64,000 nt of DNA. It comes from Eubacteriales bacterium (GTDB lineage: Bacteria; Bacillota; Clostridia; Christensenellales; CAG-138). Under the pieces are notes generated by a model, which saw only the letters and a list, made by a program, of their open reading frames with translations, did not search any database and was not told the origin of the DNA. Made by a program: the position numbers and the translations under genes. This document shows, one piece after another, positions 1 to 8,966 of the stretch (the stretch's first letter is position 1; every line of letters starts with the position of its first letter). Where the stretch lies: positions 5,152-69,151 of the forward strand of contig JAJFTZ010000022.1 in the NCBI GenBank assembly GCA_021372675.1. The letters are read 5' to 3'.

Positions 1-440
1 TCGGCGAAAGGCCGTTTTCCAAGGGCGAGCGCGCAAACGTAAGGGTATATTGCAGCTCCGATGTGCAGGAAGCCATCGAGGTCATGAAGCTTGAGCATGT
101 GGATGTTTCCATCACCGGCAACTCGGCCAACGCCATCCGCTTCCAGCATCTGGTTGCGGGCACCTATAAGAACTGGGCGCAGGCGCATGGCATCAAGTAT
201 TTTTCTGTGGCTAGCGGCGGCGGCACCGGCAGGACGCTACATCCGGATAACATCGGCGCGGGCCCATGCTCCTACGGCATTACGGATTCCGTGGGCAGGA
301 TGCATGGCGACGTTCAGTTTGCGGGTTCCTCCTCGGTGCCGGCGCATGTGGAAATGATGGGCCTGATGGGCATGGGAAACAATCCCATGGTTGGGGCGAC
401 GGTCACCTGCGCGGTTGCGGTTGCACAGCGCTGCAATTAA
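1..440 (+). CDS. GGGtGRT family protein, C-terminal part (5' end outside window)
   Basis: The frame starting at nt 3 is open from the window edge to TAA 438-440. The translation carries the literal family signature SGGGTGRTLHPD. The next gene starts 6 nt later. Confidence 0.7.
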   Translation, partial: GERPFSKGERANVRVYCSSDVQEAIEVMKLEHVDVSITGNSANAIRFQHLVAGTYKNWAQAHGIKYFSVASGGGTGRTLHPDNIGAGPCSYGITDSVGRMHGDVQFAGSSSVPAHVEMMGLMGMGNNPMVGATVTCAVAVAQRCN

Positions 441-446
441 AGGAAA

Positions 447-1475
447 GTGGTGTATGGCATGGTTGATGTAGCGAACCATGAGGAACTGGTTAGGTACCTT
501 CTGGATAAAAGGGTGATCAGCGAGGAAGAGGGTTACCAGGTTGATTACTGTTCGGGCGGCGTTTCCTGCCTGGCTGCGTTCATTACCGCCGGCAAGCGCG
601 AGGCATTGGTCAAACAGGCGCGCACCAAGCTGAATGTCGCGGTGGAATGGCTGGCGGATCAGTCCCGAATCGCGACGGAAAGCAAAGCCAACGGCGTCTA
701 CTTCTCCTATGTGCCGGACTGCGCGCCGCGGGTAATCTTCTATGACGCGGATAACTACATTCTTGTGCGCGAAGCCGCGCCGCGGGACTGTACTATGTGG
801 AAATCAGATCTGCTCGAGGGCATTCTGGATTTCGGCGTAGCCTACAAGACCATCGAGGCGCTTGCCAGAATACACAACGAGACCTTCATGGACGCGGCGG
901 TTGCAAAGGAGTTTGCGGACTGCAACGTGTTCCATCAGCTGCGCATATCACCCTATATCGAATATGTGATGGAGCAGTATCCCCGGCTTGCGCAGGACAT
1001 CGGGGAGATCAGGGAAACGCTGCTTTCGCGCAAGATGGCGCTTGTGCATGCGGATTACAGCCCCAAGAACATTCTGGTTAAGGATCGCAAAATCTGCATT
1101 CTGGACTTTGAGATCGCGCACTACGGCGACCCGGTGTTTGACCTGTCGTTTTTCCTGAACCATATCGCGCTCAAGTCCGTCAAGAACAAGCAGTGGGCCG
1201 CCGGCTACCTGAACATGCTGGCGTATATGGCGGACGCCTATTTCAGCATCATCCGATACGACTGCCGCGCGAACATTGAGCCTTACAGCGTGCGCCTGCT
1301 GGGCCTGCTGATGCTGGCGCGCATCGACGGCAAGTCGCCCGTGGAATACCTGTGCGATGATTCTGACAAAGCGCTGGTGCGCAGGGTTGCCGCACAGCTG
1401 ATCCGGGGGGAGGTTCTCACGCTCGGCGACGCTGCGGAACTGCTGCTCAAAAACAATATGGAAGCGCAGGGGTAG
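447..1475 (+). CDS. Kinase-fold protein, aminoglycoside-phosphotransferase / methylthioribose-kinase-like small-molecule kinase
   Basis: 342 aa. Catalytic-loop motif HADYSPKNILV (HxDxxxxN) and metal-binding DFE. GTG at 447 sits directly behind AAAGGAAAG; ATG 459 is an alternative start. Confidence 0.6.
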   Translation: MVYGMVDVANHEELVRYLLDKRVISEEEGYQVDYCSGGVSCLAAFITAGKREALVKQARTKLNVAVEWLADQSRIATESKANGVYFSYVPDCAPRVIFYDADNYILVREAAPRDCTMWKSDLLEGILDFGVAYKTIEALARIHNETFMDAAVAKEFADCNVFHQLRISPYIEYVMEQYPRLAQDIGEIRETLLSRKMALVHADYSPKNILVKDRKICILDFEIAHYGDPVFDLSFFLNHIALKSVKNKQWAAGYLNMLAYMADAYFSIIRYDCRANIEPYSVRLLGLLMLARIDGKSPVEYLCDDSDKALVRRVAAQLIRGEVLTLGDAAELLLKNNMEAQG

Positions 1476-1482
1476 CCGAACG

Positions 1483-2757
1483 ATGACAGATGGCAAAGCA
1501 AAACAGGTAAACATCCCATACGGTTGCACACGGCTGGCGATGGACCTTGAAAAATATCCCGCAAAGGCTATATTGACTGTAAACCCCGATACTCCGCATG
1601 GGATGAGTGTGCCGGAATCGCTGATGAATCCTATCGGCAGCGAACGGCTCAGCGCACTTGCAAAGGATGCCGGGCGTCTGCTAATCCTTACGAGTGATCA
1701 GACGCGTCCGTTGCCGAGCAAGCAGACCCTGCCTTATCTGATCGCCGAGGCGCGGGCTGAAAACCCCGCGCTTGAGATCAGGATTCTGATCGCAACAGGC
1801 TGCCACAGGGCGATGACCTATCAGGAAATGGAAGAACGTTTTGGCGCAGATTTGATTGTTTCAGAACATTTTGTATGCCATAATGCTGAGGATAAGCTTG
1901 GCATGACATTCAAGGGCATACTACCCTCGGGCGGAGAACTGTGGATGAACAGCCTCGTGGACTGGGCGGATATTGTCGTTGCGGAGGGCTTCATCGAGCC
2001 GCATCTGTTTGCGGGTTTCTCGGGCGGGCGCAAGAGCGTGCTGCCGGGCATCTGCTCCTATAAGACGGTTTGCGGCAACCATTGCTCCGCATTTGTCAAC
2101 ATTCCGCAGACGCGCCCGGGCAACCTTACCGATAACCCCATGCACATGGACATGCTGTTCGCGGCGCAGCAAGCCAAGCTCGCCTTCATCCTCAACGTCG
2201 TACTCGACGACGCGCACCGGATTATCGCTTCTTTCGCCGGTGATTCCGTCCGGGCGCACATGGCGGGCTGCGACTATGTGACGAGGAGGCAGGCGATTGC
2301 CCCGGTTGAGGGGGATATCGTTGTGACCACGAACAACGGTTATCCGCTCGACCAAAATTTCTACCAGTCAATCAAAGGACTGATCTCGGCGGAACGCTGT
2401 GTGCGCGAGGGCGGCGTTACTATTTTGGTTGCGGAGTGCCTGTATGGTCACGGCTCAGACGGATTTTTCAGTTTCTTTACGAGGGGATTGACGCATAAAC
2501 AGATCTTCGACGAAATTTCTTCTTACTCCGCATCAGAAACGGTGCTCGACCAGTGGCAGGCGCAGACATTAACGCGCGTTTGCATGAAATGCAGCATTAT
2601 CGTAGTGACCCTCGAGCAAAACCGCGACATGATCCGCCAGCTTGGGCTGACGTGGGCAAGCAATTTGGATGAAGCTCTGGGCATGGCATACCGGAAACTG
2701 GGCGAGGATGCGTCCCTTGTGGTCATCCCGGAAGGGGTCAGCGTGATATTCACATAA
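1483..2757 (+). CDS. larA: LarA-family nickel-pincer (NPN) dependent 2-hydroxyacid racemase/epimerase
   Basis: 424 aa, collinear with L. plantarum LarA as I recall it. Shared motifs: SLMNPIGS, SDxTRP, ATGCHR, GFIEPHLFAGFSGGRKSVLPG, GNH, GYPLDQNFYQSIKG. Confidence 0.85.
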   Translation: MTDGKAKQVNIPYGCTRLAMDLEKYPAKAILTVNPDTPHGMSVPESLMNPIGSERLSALAKDAGRLLILTSDQTRPLPSKQTLPYLIAEARAENPALEIRILIATGCHRAMTYQEMEERFGADLIVSEHFVCHNAEDKLGMTFKGILPSGGELWMNSLVDWADIVVAEGFIEPHLFAGFSGGRKSVLPGICSYKTVCGNHCSAFVNIPQTRPGNLTDNPMHMDMLFAAQQAKLAFILNVVLDDAHRIIASFAGDSVRAHMAGCDYVTRRQAIAPVEGDIVVTTNNGYPLDQNFYQSIKGLISAERCVREGGVTILVAECLYGHGSDGFFSFFTRGLTHKQIFDEISSYSASETVLDQWQAQTLTRVCMKCSIIVVTLEQNRDMIRQLGLTWASNLDEALGMAYRKLGEDASLVVIPEGVSVIFT

Positions 2758-2900
2758 AGGGGAGGACAGAAGCATGCGAAGTGATTTCTGGCAGTAGGTA
2801 TCGGTCGGGCTGTTTATTTGTTAGCTAAGATTACGCTTGGGCACACAGCGGCAAATCAAGCAGGTTGCTAAAACAATCAACCGTATTATAAGGAGGAAAG

Positions 2901-4064
2901 ATGAAAGGGTTCTCATTCAGCGTACTCACAAAGATCATTTATGAGGAAAACGCCGTTCAGACAAAGCTGTACAGCGAGCTTAAGGCGAACAACATCAAGC
3001 ATCCCTGCATTATCACGGATAAGGGCATTGCGGGCTGCGGGCTTCTTTCACGTATAACGTGCGAGCTTGACAAGCATGACGACATCCGATATACGGTGTT
3101 TGACAGCGTCGAAGTCAATCCCACCGAGGTTGAGATCGATCGCGGCTATTCCGTCGCAAAAGCGGCCAACTGCGACGCGATCATCGGCTTCGGCGGCGGG
3201 AGTTCCCTCGACTCAGCAAAGGCGATTGCTATGCTGATGGAAAACGGCGGCGAGGTGCTCGATTACTGCACCGGCAAGAGGACCATTGAAAAGCCGGTGC
3301 GCAATCTGTTTGAAATTCCCACCACCGCGGGTACGGGCAGCGAGATCACCAAGATATTCGTCGTCATCAACTCGAAGACGCGCTTCAAGGCGGGCTTCAA
3401 AAACGACCTGCTGGCGCCGAATGTCGCAATCCTCGATCCCATGATGCTGCTCGGCCTGCCGCAGCATATACTCGCCGCGACCTGCATGGACAGCCTATCG
3501 CACGCCATTGAGGGTTACACGAGCAAGGGCGCAAACCTCATGACGGATTTCTACATGGAAAAATCTATCGCTATGATCGGCGAAAATCTGCGCGGCGCTT
3601 ACGCCAACCCCGGCAACATCGAATGCCAGTCTAATCTGATGCTGGCCTGCGCGATCAATGCCTGCGCCTTCCAGCAAAGCGGCCTCGGCCTCGTGCATTC
3701 TATGGGGCATGCGCTCGGCGGCAGGTACAACATACCGCACGGTGTTTCCTGCTCGCTTTGCCTACCCGTTGCGGTTGATTTCAACAGCATATCCAACCCC
3801 GCAAGATTCGCGAAGATCGCCCAAATGCTTGGCGAGGCCGGGTTTACGGGCAATGCGAACGAGGATTGCCATTTGGCAGCCAAGGCGATCCGCCGGCTTA
3901 TGAAGGACATCAACCTACCTATGACCCTCAGTGATCTGAAACTGTCGGAAACCGACATCCCCGCGCTCGTCGAAGACACCATGAAGGCGACGGGCATGCT
4001 GGGAATCAACGGGCGCAACGTCTGCGCGGGCGATGTGGAAAAGCTCTGGAGAGAACTTCTTTAA
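2901..4064 (+). CDS. Iron-containing (group III) alcohol dehydrogenase
   Basis: 387 aa. Motifs GFGGGSSLDSAKA and a His-rich metal site (SLSHAIEGY, VHSMGHALGGRYNIPHG). SD AAGGAGGAAAG precedes the ATG. Confidence 0.85.
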   Translation: MKGFSFSVLTKIIYEENAVQTKLYSELKANNIKHPCIITDKGIAGCGLLSRITCELDKHDDIRYTVFDSVEVNPTEVEIDRGYSVAKAANCDAIIGFGGGSSLDSAKAIAMLMENGGEVLDYCTGKRTIEKPVRNLFEIPTTAGTGSEITKIFVVINSKTRFKAGFKNDLLAPNVAILDPMMLLGLPQHILAATCMDSLSHAIEGYTSKGANLMTDFYMEKSIAMIGENLRGAYANPGNIECQSNLMLACAINACAFQQSGLGLVHSMGHALGGRYNIPHGVSCSLCLPVAVDFNSISNPARFAKIAQMLGEAGFTGNANEDCHLAAKAIRRLMKDINLPMTLSDLKLSETDIPALVEDTMKATGMLGINGRNVCAGDVEKLWRELL

Positions 4065-4131
4065 CCTGGCTTTTGCTGAGCGATCAGCTGTAACAAAGCA
4101 CACCAGAAATTAAAAAGGAGAAAACAAAGAG

Positions 4132-5382
4132 ATGAGGATCAAAAACATTTTGGCGCTGGCGCTAGCCCTGCTGTTCGCGCTGTCCCTGGTTGGCTGCGCG
4201 AAAGACGAAGGTCAACCCTCCGTAACCAATCCCCCCCAAACCGATCCCGCCACGACCGAGCCGGCAACAACCCAAGGCACGGAGCCGACAGGCTTTACCT
4301 CGGATGAGAAGTTCGTGCTGGGCGTTGTGCTCTCCAAGACCGGCGGCGATGCTGCGAACGGGAACTACTGCATCAACGGTGTCGAAATGGCTGTTGAGGA
4401 AATCAACGCGGCAGGCGGCATCAACGGTAAAGAAGTAGTGATCAAGCTGGGCGATGATCAGAGCTCCGCCGAGAATGCGGTTACCGCGTTCAACAAGGTT
4501 TTCTCCGAGAACCCCGATATGAAGGCGGTGCTGGCGCCCGTGACCAGCGGCTTGGTCGCCGCGCTGGAAGAGGATATCACCGAGGCGAAAATCCCCGCCC
4601 TGTTCGGCGCCACCAATATTGCCCTGACCGCGAAGGGAAACAAGTACATGTTCCGCATTCGCCCGAGCGATGCGATTTCCGCCACGGCGGCCTCGAAGTT
4701 CGTGGTAGAAGAGCTCAAGGCAAAGAACATCGGCATCCTGTATTGCAACAACACCTTCGGCAAAGGCGGCTATGAGATCGCCAAGGCGTACCTCGACAGC
4801 GTAGGCGCCAACGTCGTATGCGTCAAGGACCATGGCCAGGACGACATGGAATACACCGCGCAGCTTCTCGCTATGCAGGAAGCGGGCGTCGACGTGCTGC
4901 TCTGCTGGGAGATCGCGACCCCGTCCGGCTTCATTTCCAAGCAGATCAAGCAGCTCGGCCTTGATTTCACCGTGGTCGGCTCACCCGCCTGGACCATCAG
5001 CGATGTCATCGCGACCGCCGGCGGCGGTCACGAGGGCACCTATGCCATCAATGACGGCATTCCCTGGAACGAGCAGCATCCCGACGCGGAAATTGCCGCC
5101 AAGGCTGCTAAGTTCTTCGAGCGTGCAAACGGCTATAACAACTTCGCCGCAGCGTACTACGATGCCGTGTACCTGGTCAAGCAGGCCGCTGAGAACGCCG
5201 TTGCGGCCGGCAAGACGGATGATCCGGAGACCTTGGTCGAGTATCTGCTGAAGATCGAGGACTATGTCGGCTGCGCCAACACCTTCTCCTTCGACGCGAA
5301 GGGCGAAGGCGTCCATTCGGCCACGATCGTGCAGGTTCAGGACAGCAAGCCGGTCTTCATCAAGACCATTGACGTCGAGTAA
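4132..5382 (+). CDS. ABC transporter substrate-binding lipoprotein, Leu/Ile/Val-binding (LivJ/K-like) type 1 PBP fold
   Basis: 416 aa. Signal peptide with lipobox LSLVGC, a Thr/Pro-rich linker, then a Liv-type binding-protein-like sequence. SD AAAAGGAG. Confidence 0.85.
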   Translation: MRIKNILALALALLFALSLVGCAKDEGQPSVTNPPQTDPATTEPATTQGTEPTGFTSDEKFVLGVVLSKTGGDAANGNYCINGVEMAVEEINAAGGINGKEVVIKLGDDQSSAENAVTAFNKVFSENPDMKAVLAPVTSGLVAALEEDITEAKIPALFGATNIALTAKGNKYMFRIRPSDAISATAASKFVVEELKAKNIGILYCNNTFGKGGYEIAKAYLDSVGANVVCVKDHGQDDMEYTAQLLAMQEAGVDVLLCWEIATPSGFISKQIKQLGLDFTVVGSPAWTISDVIATAGGGHEGTYAINDGIPWNEQHPDAEIAAKAAKFFERANGYNNFAAAYYDAVYLVKQAAENAVAAGKTDDPETLVEYLLKIEDYVGCANTFSFDAKGEGVHSATIVQVQDSKPVFIKTIDVE

Positions 5383-5414
5383 TGCCCAAACGCTACGTAG
5401 TTAACTCATAAGCT

Positions 5415-6344
5415 ATGCGCTTCTGTGCTGCGCAAGCAGCACAGAAGCGTGCATGTATTTTGATTGGTGGTGAGCTTTTGTTACAACTAATTACGAATGG
5501 CTTGGCAATGGGCGCCATCTATTCGCTTGTCGCTATCGGCGCCGTCCTGCTGTACAACGCCGCAAAGCAGCTCAACTTTGCGCAGAGCGAGTTCGTTATG
5601 CTGGGCGCCTATTTCATGTATACCTATCAGGTTCTGCTGGAGCTGCCTTACTTCATCTCCCTAGTTCTGGTGATCCTGTCCATGGCTGTTTTCGGCTTGC
5701 TGTTTGAGGGCGCGATCTTTCACCCCGTTCGCAATCACTCGCGGTTTGCATTTCTGGTGCTGACCGGCCTCGCCTCGATTTTGATCAAGAATCTGGGATT
5801 GAACCTTTGGGGGGCCCAGCCAAAACCCCTTGACGATCTGTTCGGTTACGGAACGATCAAGCTCTTTGGCGCGACGATCGTGCTGCAATACGTCTATTGT
5901 ATCGCTGTTTTCATCGTGCTGATCAGCGCTGTATACTTCCTGCTGTTTCGCACGATGCTGGGCAAAAAAATGCGTGCGGTTGCCCAGAATCGGGATGTCG
6001 CGCGCTTAATGTCGATCAATACGCGCAGCGTAAACCGCGCGACGTTTATTATCTATTCCATTCTGGGCGGCCTGGCCGGCACGCTGCTCGCGCCGATTTT
6101 CTTTGTGAAGCTGGAGCTTGGCGCCATGGTTTCCCTCTTCGCGTTTAGCGCGTGCGTCATCGGCGGCTTTGGCAGCATACCGGGCGCGATATTGGGCGGC
6201 ATGATACTCGGCCTCGCGGAAATCTTTGTCGCGCGGTACATTTCGTCCGGCTTCAAGACCGCCATCACTTTCGCAATCATGCTTATCATCTTGTACGTCA
6301 AGCCGACGGGTTTGCTGGGCGAGAAGATTAAGCAAAAACTGTAA
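5415..6344 (+). CDS. Branched-chain amino acid-type ABC permease (LivH-like)
   Basis: Multi-TM protein. The N-terminus LLQLITNGLAMGAIYSLVAIG is typical of the LivH family. ATG 5415 lies inside the hairpin and has no SD, so the true start is probably TTG 5460 or 5478. Confidence 0.8.
   Translation: MRFCAAQAAQKRACILIGGELLLQLITNGLAMGAIYSLVAIGAVLLYNAAKQLNFAQSEFVMLGAYFMYTYQVLLELPYFISLVLVILSMAVFGLLFEGAIFHPVRNHSRFAFLVLTGLASILIKNLGLNLWGAQPKPLDDLFGYGTIKLFGATIVLQYVYCIAVFIVLISAVYFLLFRTMLGKKMRAVAQNRDVARLMSINTRSVNRATFIIYSILGGLAGTLLAPIFFVKLELGAMVSLFAFSACVIGGFGSIPGAILGGMILGLAEIFVARYISSGFKTAITFAIMLIILYVKPTGLLGEKIKQKL
5417..5450 (+). terminator. Intercistronic stem-loop just after the binding-protein gene (attenuator or mRNA stabiliser)
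   Basis: GCTTCTGTGCTGC (5419-5431), loop GCAA, GCAGCACAGAAGC (5436-5448): a 13-bp perfect stem, followed by a moderately T-rich stretch. Confidence 0.55.
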
Positions 6345-6361
6345 GGGAATCGGTTATCGAT

Positions 6362-7444
6362 ATGGAAATGAAAAAGAGCTTCTTACAGCGATATCTCAAG
6401 TGGGTCATCATCGGCATTGCGTTGATCGCATTGCCCTTCACGGTGCTGGAAAACGCGTATCATTTCCGCATCGTAAGCATGGCCATGCTTTATGTCATCG
6501 TCGCGTGCGGATTGCATTTTATCACCGGCATGGTCGGGCAGATATCGTACGCGCAAGCCTCGTTTTACGGGATCGGCGCCTATACCTGCGCGCTTCTCTA
6601 CACGCGGCTGAACCTGCCGTTTTTCGTCTGCCTGCTTTGCGCGATGATCGTACCCGCGATTCTGGCGGTGATCATTGGCTACGCGACGCTCAAGCTGGAA
6701 GGCACCTATATGGTGCTCGGCACAATCGGCTTTTGCATGGCGGTGCAGCAGATCATTCTGAACTGGGATGCGGTTACCTACGGCGCGCAGGGCGTAACAG
6801 GCATCCCGTACGCGAAGGTCTTCGGATTTTCGTTTAATACGCCCATCCGGATTTATTTCCTAATACTTGGCATCATGCTCCTGATACTGCTTCTCACGCG
6901 AAACTTCATGCATTCCCGCCTGGGCCGCAGCTTCCTCGCGGTCAATGCGAACAAACAGGTCGCCGACGTAATGGGCATCCCCGTGACGCGCGTCAAGCTG
7001 ACCGCGTTCATCCTGAGCGGCATTTACGCCGGAATTGCCGGCGCGCTGCTGGCCACGTATCAGGGCTACATCGAGGCGGACTCGTTCGGTATCGCGGAAT
7101 CCATCAAGCACCTGACGATGATCTACATCGGCGGGCTTGGGAACCTGTACGGCGTTGTGCTGGGCGCAAGCTTCCTGGCGCTGCTGCCCGAATGGCTGCG
7201 CGCGACGGGCGACTGGTATTTGGTCATTTACGCGTTCGTTGCGATCATCATTATCATTGTGTATCCCAAAGGGCTATGGGGTATGGTGCAGTCGATCGCA
7301 TCCGCGCTTAGGCGGCTCTTCCGAAAAAAGCCTTCGGCCCAAGAAAACACCGATGCTGTAGCTGCCGATACGGAAGCCGGGAGGTCTGTGAATGTGGCTC
7401 CGGCGGCAGAGGCGCAGGAGAACAGGAGCGAGAACGATGGATAA
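6362..7444 (+). CDS. Branched-chain amino acid-type ABC permease (LivM-like)
   Basis: 360 aa polytopic membrane protein with LivM-like motifs (GQISYAQASFYGIGAY) and a low-complexity Ala/Glu C-terminal tail. Confidence 0.85.
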   Translation: MEMKKSFLQRYLKWVIIGIALIALPFTVLENAYHFRIVSMAMLYVIVACGLHFITGMVGQISYAQASFYGIGAYTCALLYTRLNLPFFVCLLCAMIVPAILAVIIGYATLKLEGTYMVLGTIGFCMAVQQIILNWDAVTYGAQGVTGIPYAKVFGFSFNTPIRIYFLILGIMLLILLLTRNFMHSRLGRSFLAVNANKQVADVMGIPVTRVKLTAFILSGIYAGIAGALLATYQGYIEADSFGIAESIKHLTMIYIGGLGNLYGVVLGASFLALLPEWLRATGDWYLVIYAFVAIIIIIVYPKGLWGMVQSIASALRRLFRKKPSAQENTDAVAADTEAGRSVNVAPAAEAQENRSENDG

Positions 7445-8228
7445 TATTCTCGAAACAACAGATTTGACCATACGCTTCGGCGGCCTCACCGCCGTGAACG
7501 CGCTGAATATGCACATCCGCCGCGGAAAGATCAACATGCTCATCGGGCCTAACGGATCCGGCAAGACGACAGCGCTGAATCTGGTCAGCGGCGTGTACAA
7601 GGCGACGGCCGGTCAGAGCCATTTTATCGATGATGACGGAAAGAAGATTCTCCTGTCCGGCAAGGAGCCGCATACGATCACCCAGATCGGCATGGCGCGC
7701 ACCTTTCAGAATATCTATTTATTTCAGGACCTCAACGTGATCGAAAACCTCATGAGCGCATATTGCTGCCGCATGAAGTCGACCGTTTTCGACATTGGCC
7801 TGCGCATGCCACGCTACCATAGGGAAGAGAAGCAGGCGCGAGAGATAGCCTGCGAGATGCTCGATTTTGTAGGTCTGTATGACAAGCGCGATGCCGCCCC
7901 CGCCGACCTGCCGTATGGCCATAGGCGCCTGGTTGAGATTGCCCGCGCGCTGATGACAAGGCCCAGGCTGCTCATGCTCGACGAAGCCTCCGCAGGCATG
8001 AACCCGGCCGAAGCCGCCACGCTAATGGAAATCGTCGGCAAGATTCGCGACACGGGCATTTCCGTGTTCGCCATCGAGCACAACATGCGCGTGGTTATGG
8101 GCATCGCCGACCGCATCACCGTGATCAATTTCGGTGAGAAGATCGCCGAGGGCACGCCTAAGGAGATAATCAGCAACGAGGAGGTTATTGACGTGTACCT
8201 CGGGAGGAAGAGCCATGTTAAAAATTGA
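7437..8228 (+). CDS. ABC transporter ATP-binding protein (LivG-like)
   Basis: Walker A GPNGSGKTT and Walker B LLMLDEASAG. The start MDNILETTDL overlaps the livM-like stop by 8 nt; the longer ORF from 7392 is rejected. Confidence 0.85.
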   Translation: MDNILETTDLTIRFGGLTAVNALNMHIRRGKINMLIGPNGSGKTTALNLVSGVYKATAGQSHFIDDDGKKILLSGKEPHTITQIGMARTFQNIYLFQDLNVIENLMSAYCCRMKSTVFDIGLRMPRYHREEKQAREIACEMLDFVGLYDKRDAAPADLPYGHRRLVEIARALMTRPRLLMLDEASAGMNPAEAATLMEIVGKIRDTGISVFAIEHNMRVVMGIADRITVINFGEKIAEGTPKEIISNEEVIDVYLGRKSHVKN

Positions 8229-8931
8229 AAGCCTTTCCGTATACTACGGTCATATCCGCGCAGTGGAGGATGTTTCCTTCGAGGTCAACGAGGGTGAAAT
8301 CGTCACGCTCATCGGTGGAAACGGCGCGGGCAAGAGCACGATTCTAAAAACGATTTCCGGCATGATCGCCCCCAAAAACGGCAGGATCGTGTATTGCGGC
8401 GAGGAGATACAAGGGCTGCCCGCGGATGTGATCGCCAAAAAACGTCTGCTGCACTGCCCGGAAGGGCGCGGCATTTTCCCCGGATTAACCGTAGCCGAAA
8501 ATCTTGAGGTCGGCACGTACATATGGCGCAAACGGTCCGGCGAAAAGAACGAGGAGGATCTTGAGCTGGTCTTACGCATGTTCCCGCGGCTTAAGGAGCG
8601 CTACAGCCAGCTCGGCTGGAGTCTGAGCGGCGGCGAACAGCAGATGCTCGCCATGGCGCGCAGCATCATGGGCCGTCCGAAGCTGCTGATGCTGGACGAG
8701 CCCTCCCTAGGACTCGCGCCGATCATTATTCAGGATATGTTTGAAACGATTAAGAGGATCAGTGTGGAAACGAAGCTGCCGATCCTTTTGGTCGAGCAGA
8801 ACGCATTCATGGCACTGAACACGGCGGATCGCGGCTATGTGATCGAAAACGGGCTGATTACGGCCCACAGCGGCTGCAAAGAGCTGCTGGACGATCCGGT
8901 CGTGCAAAAAGCATACTTGGGCGTTTCCTGA
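8215..8931 (+). CDS. ABC transporter ATP-binding protein (LivF-like)
   Basis: Walker A GGNGAGKST, signature LSGGEQQML, Walker B LLMLDEPSLG. ATG 8215 sits behind GGGAGGAAG. Confidence 0.85.
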   Translation: MLKIESLSVYYGHIRAVEDVSFEVNEGEIVTLIGGNGAGKSTILKTISGMIAPKNGRIVYCGEEIQGLPADVIAKKRLLHCPEGRGIFPGLTVAENLEVGTYIWRKRSGEKNEEDLELVLRMFPRLKERYSQLGWSLSGGEQQMLAMARSIMGRPKLLMLDEPSLGLAPIIIQDMFETIKRISVETKLPILLVEQNAFMALNTADRGYVIENGLITAHSGCKELLDDPVVQKAYLGVS

Positions 8932-8966
8932 TGGGAGCGCTCCGGAATATAGTAAAGGAGAGTAAT

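Noticed and set aside
1693-1710. SDQTRP in the LarA homologue (Gln where L. plantarum LarA has His), considered as loss of a catalytic histidine
   Set aside because: Counting residues shows this position is neither catalytic His108 nor His174. Both of those, plus Lys184 and His200, are conserved, so the substitution is not evidence of altered chemistry.
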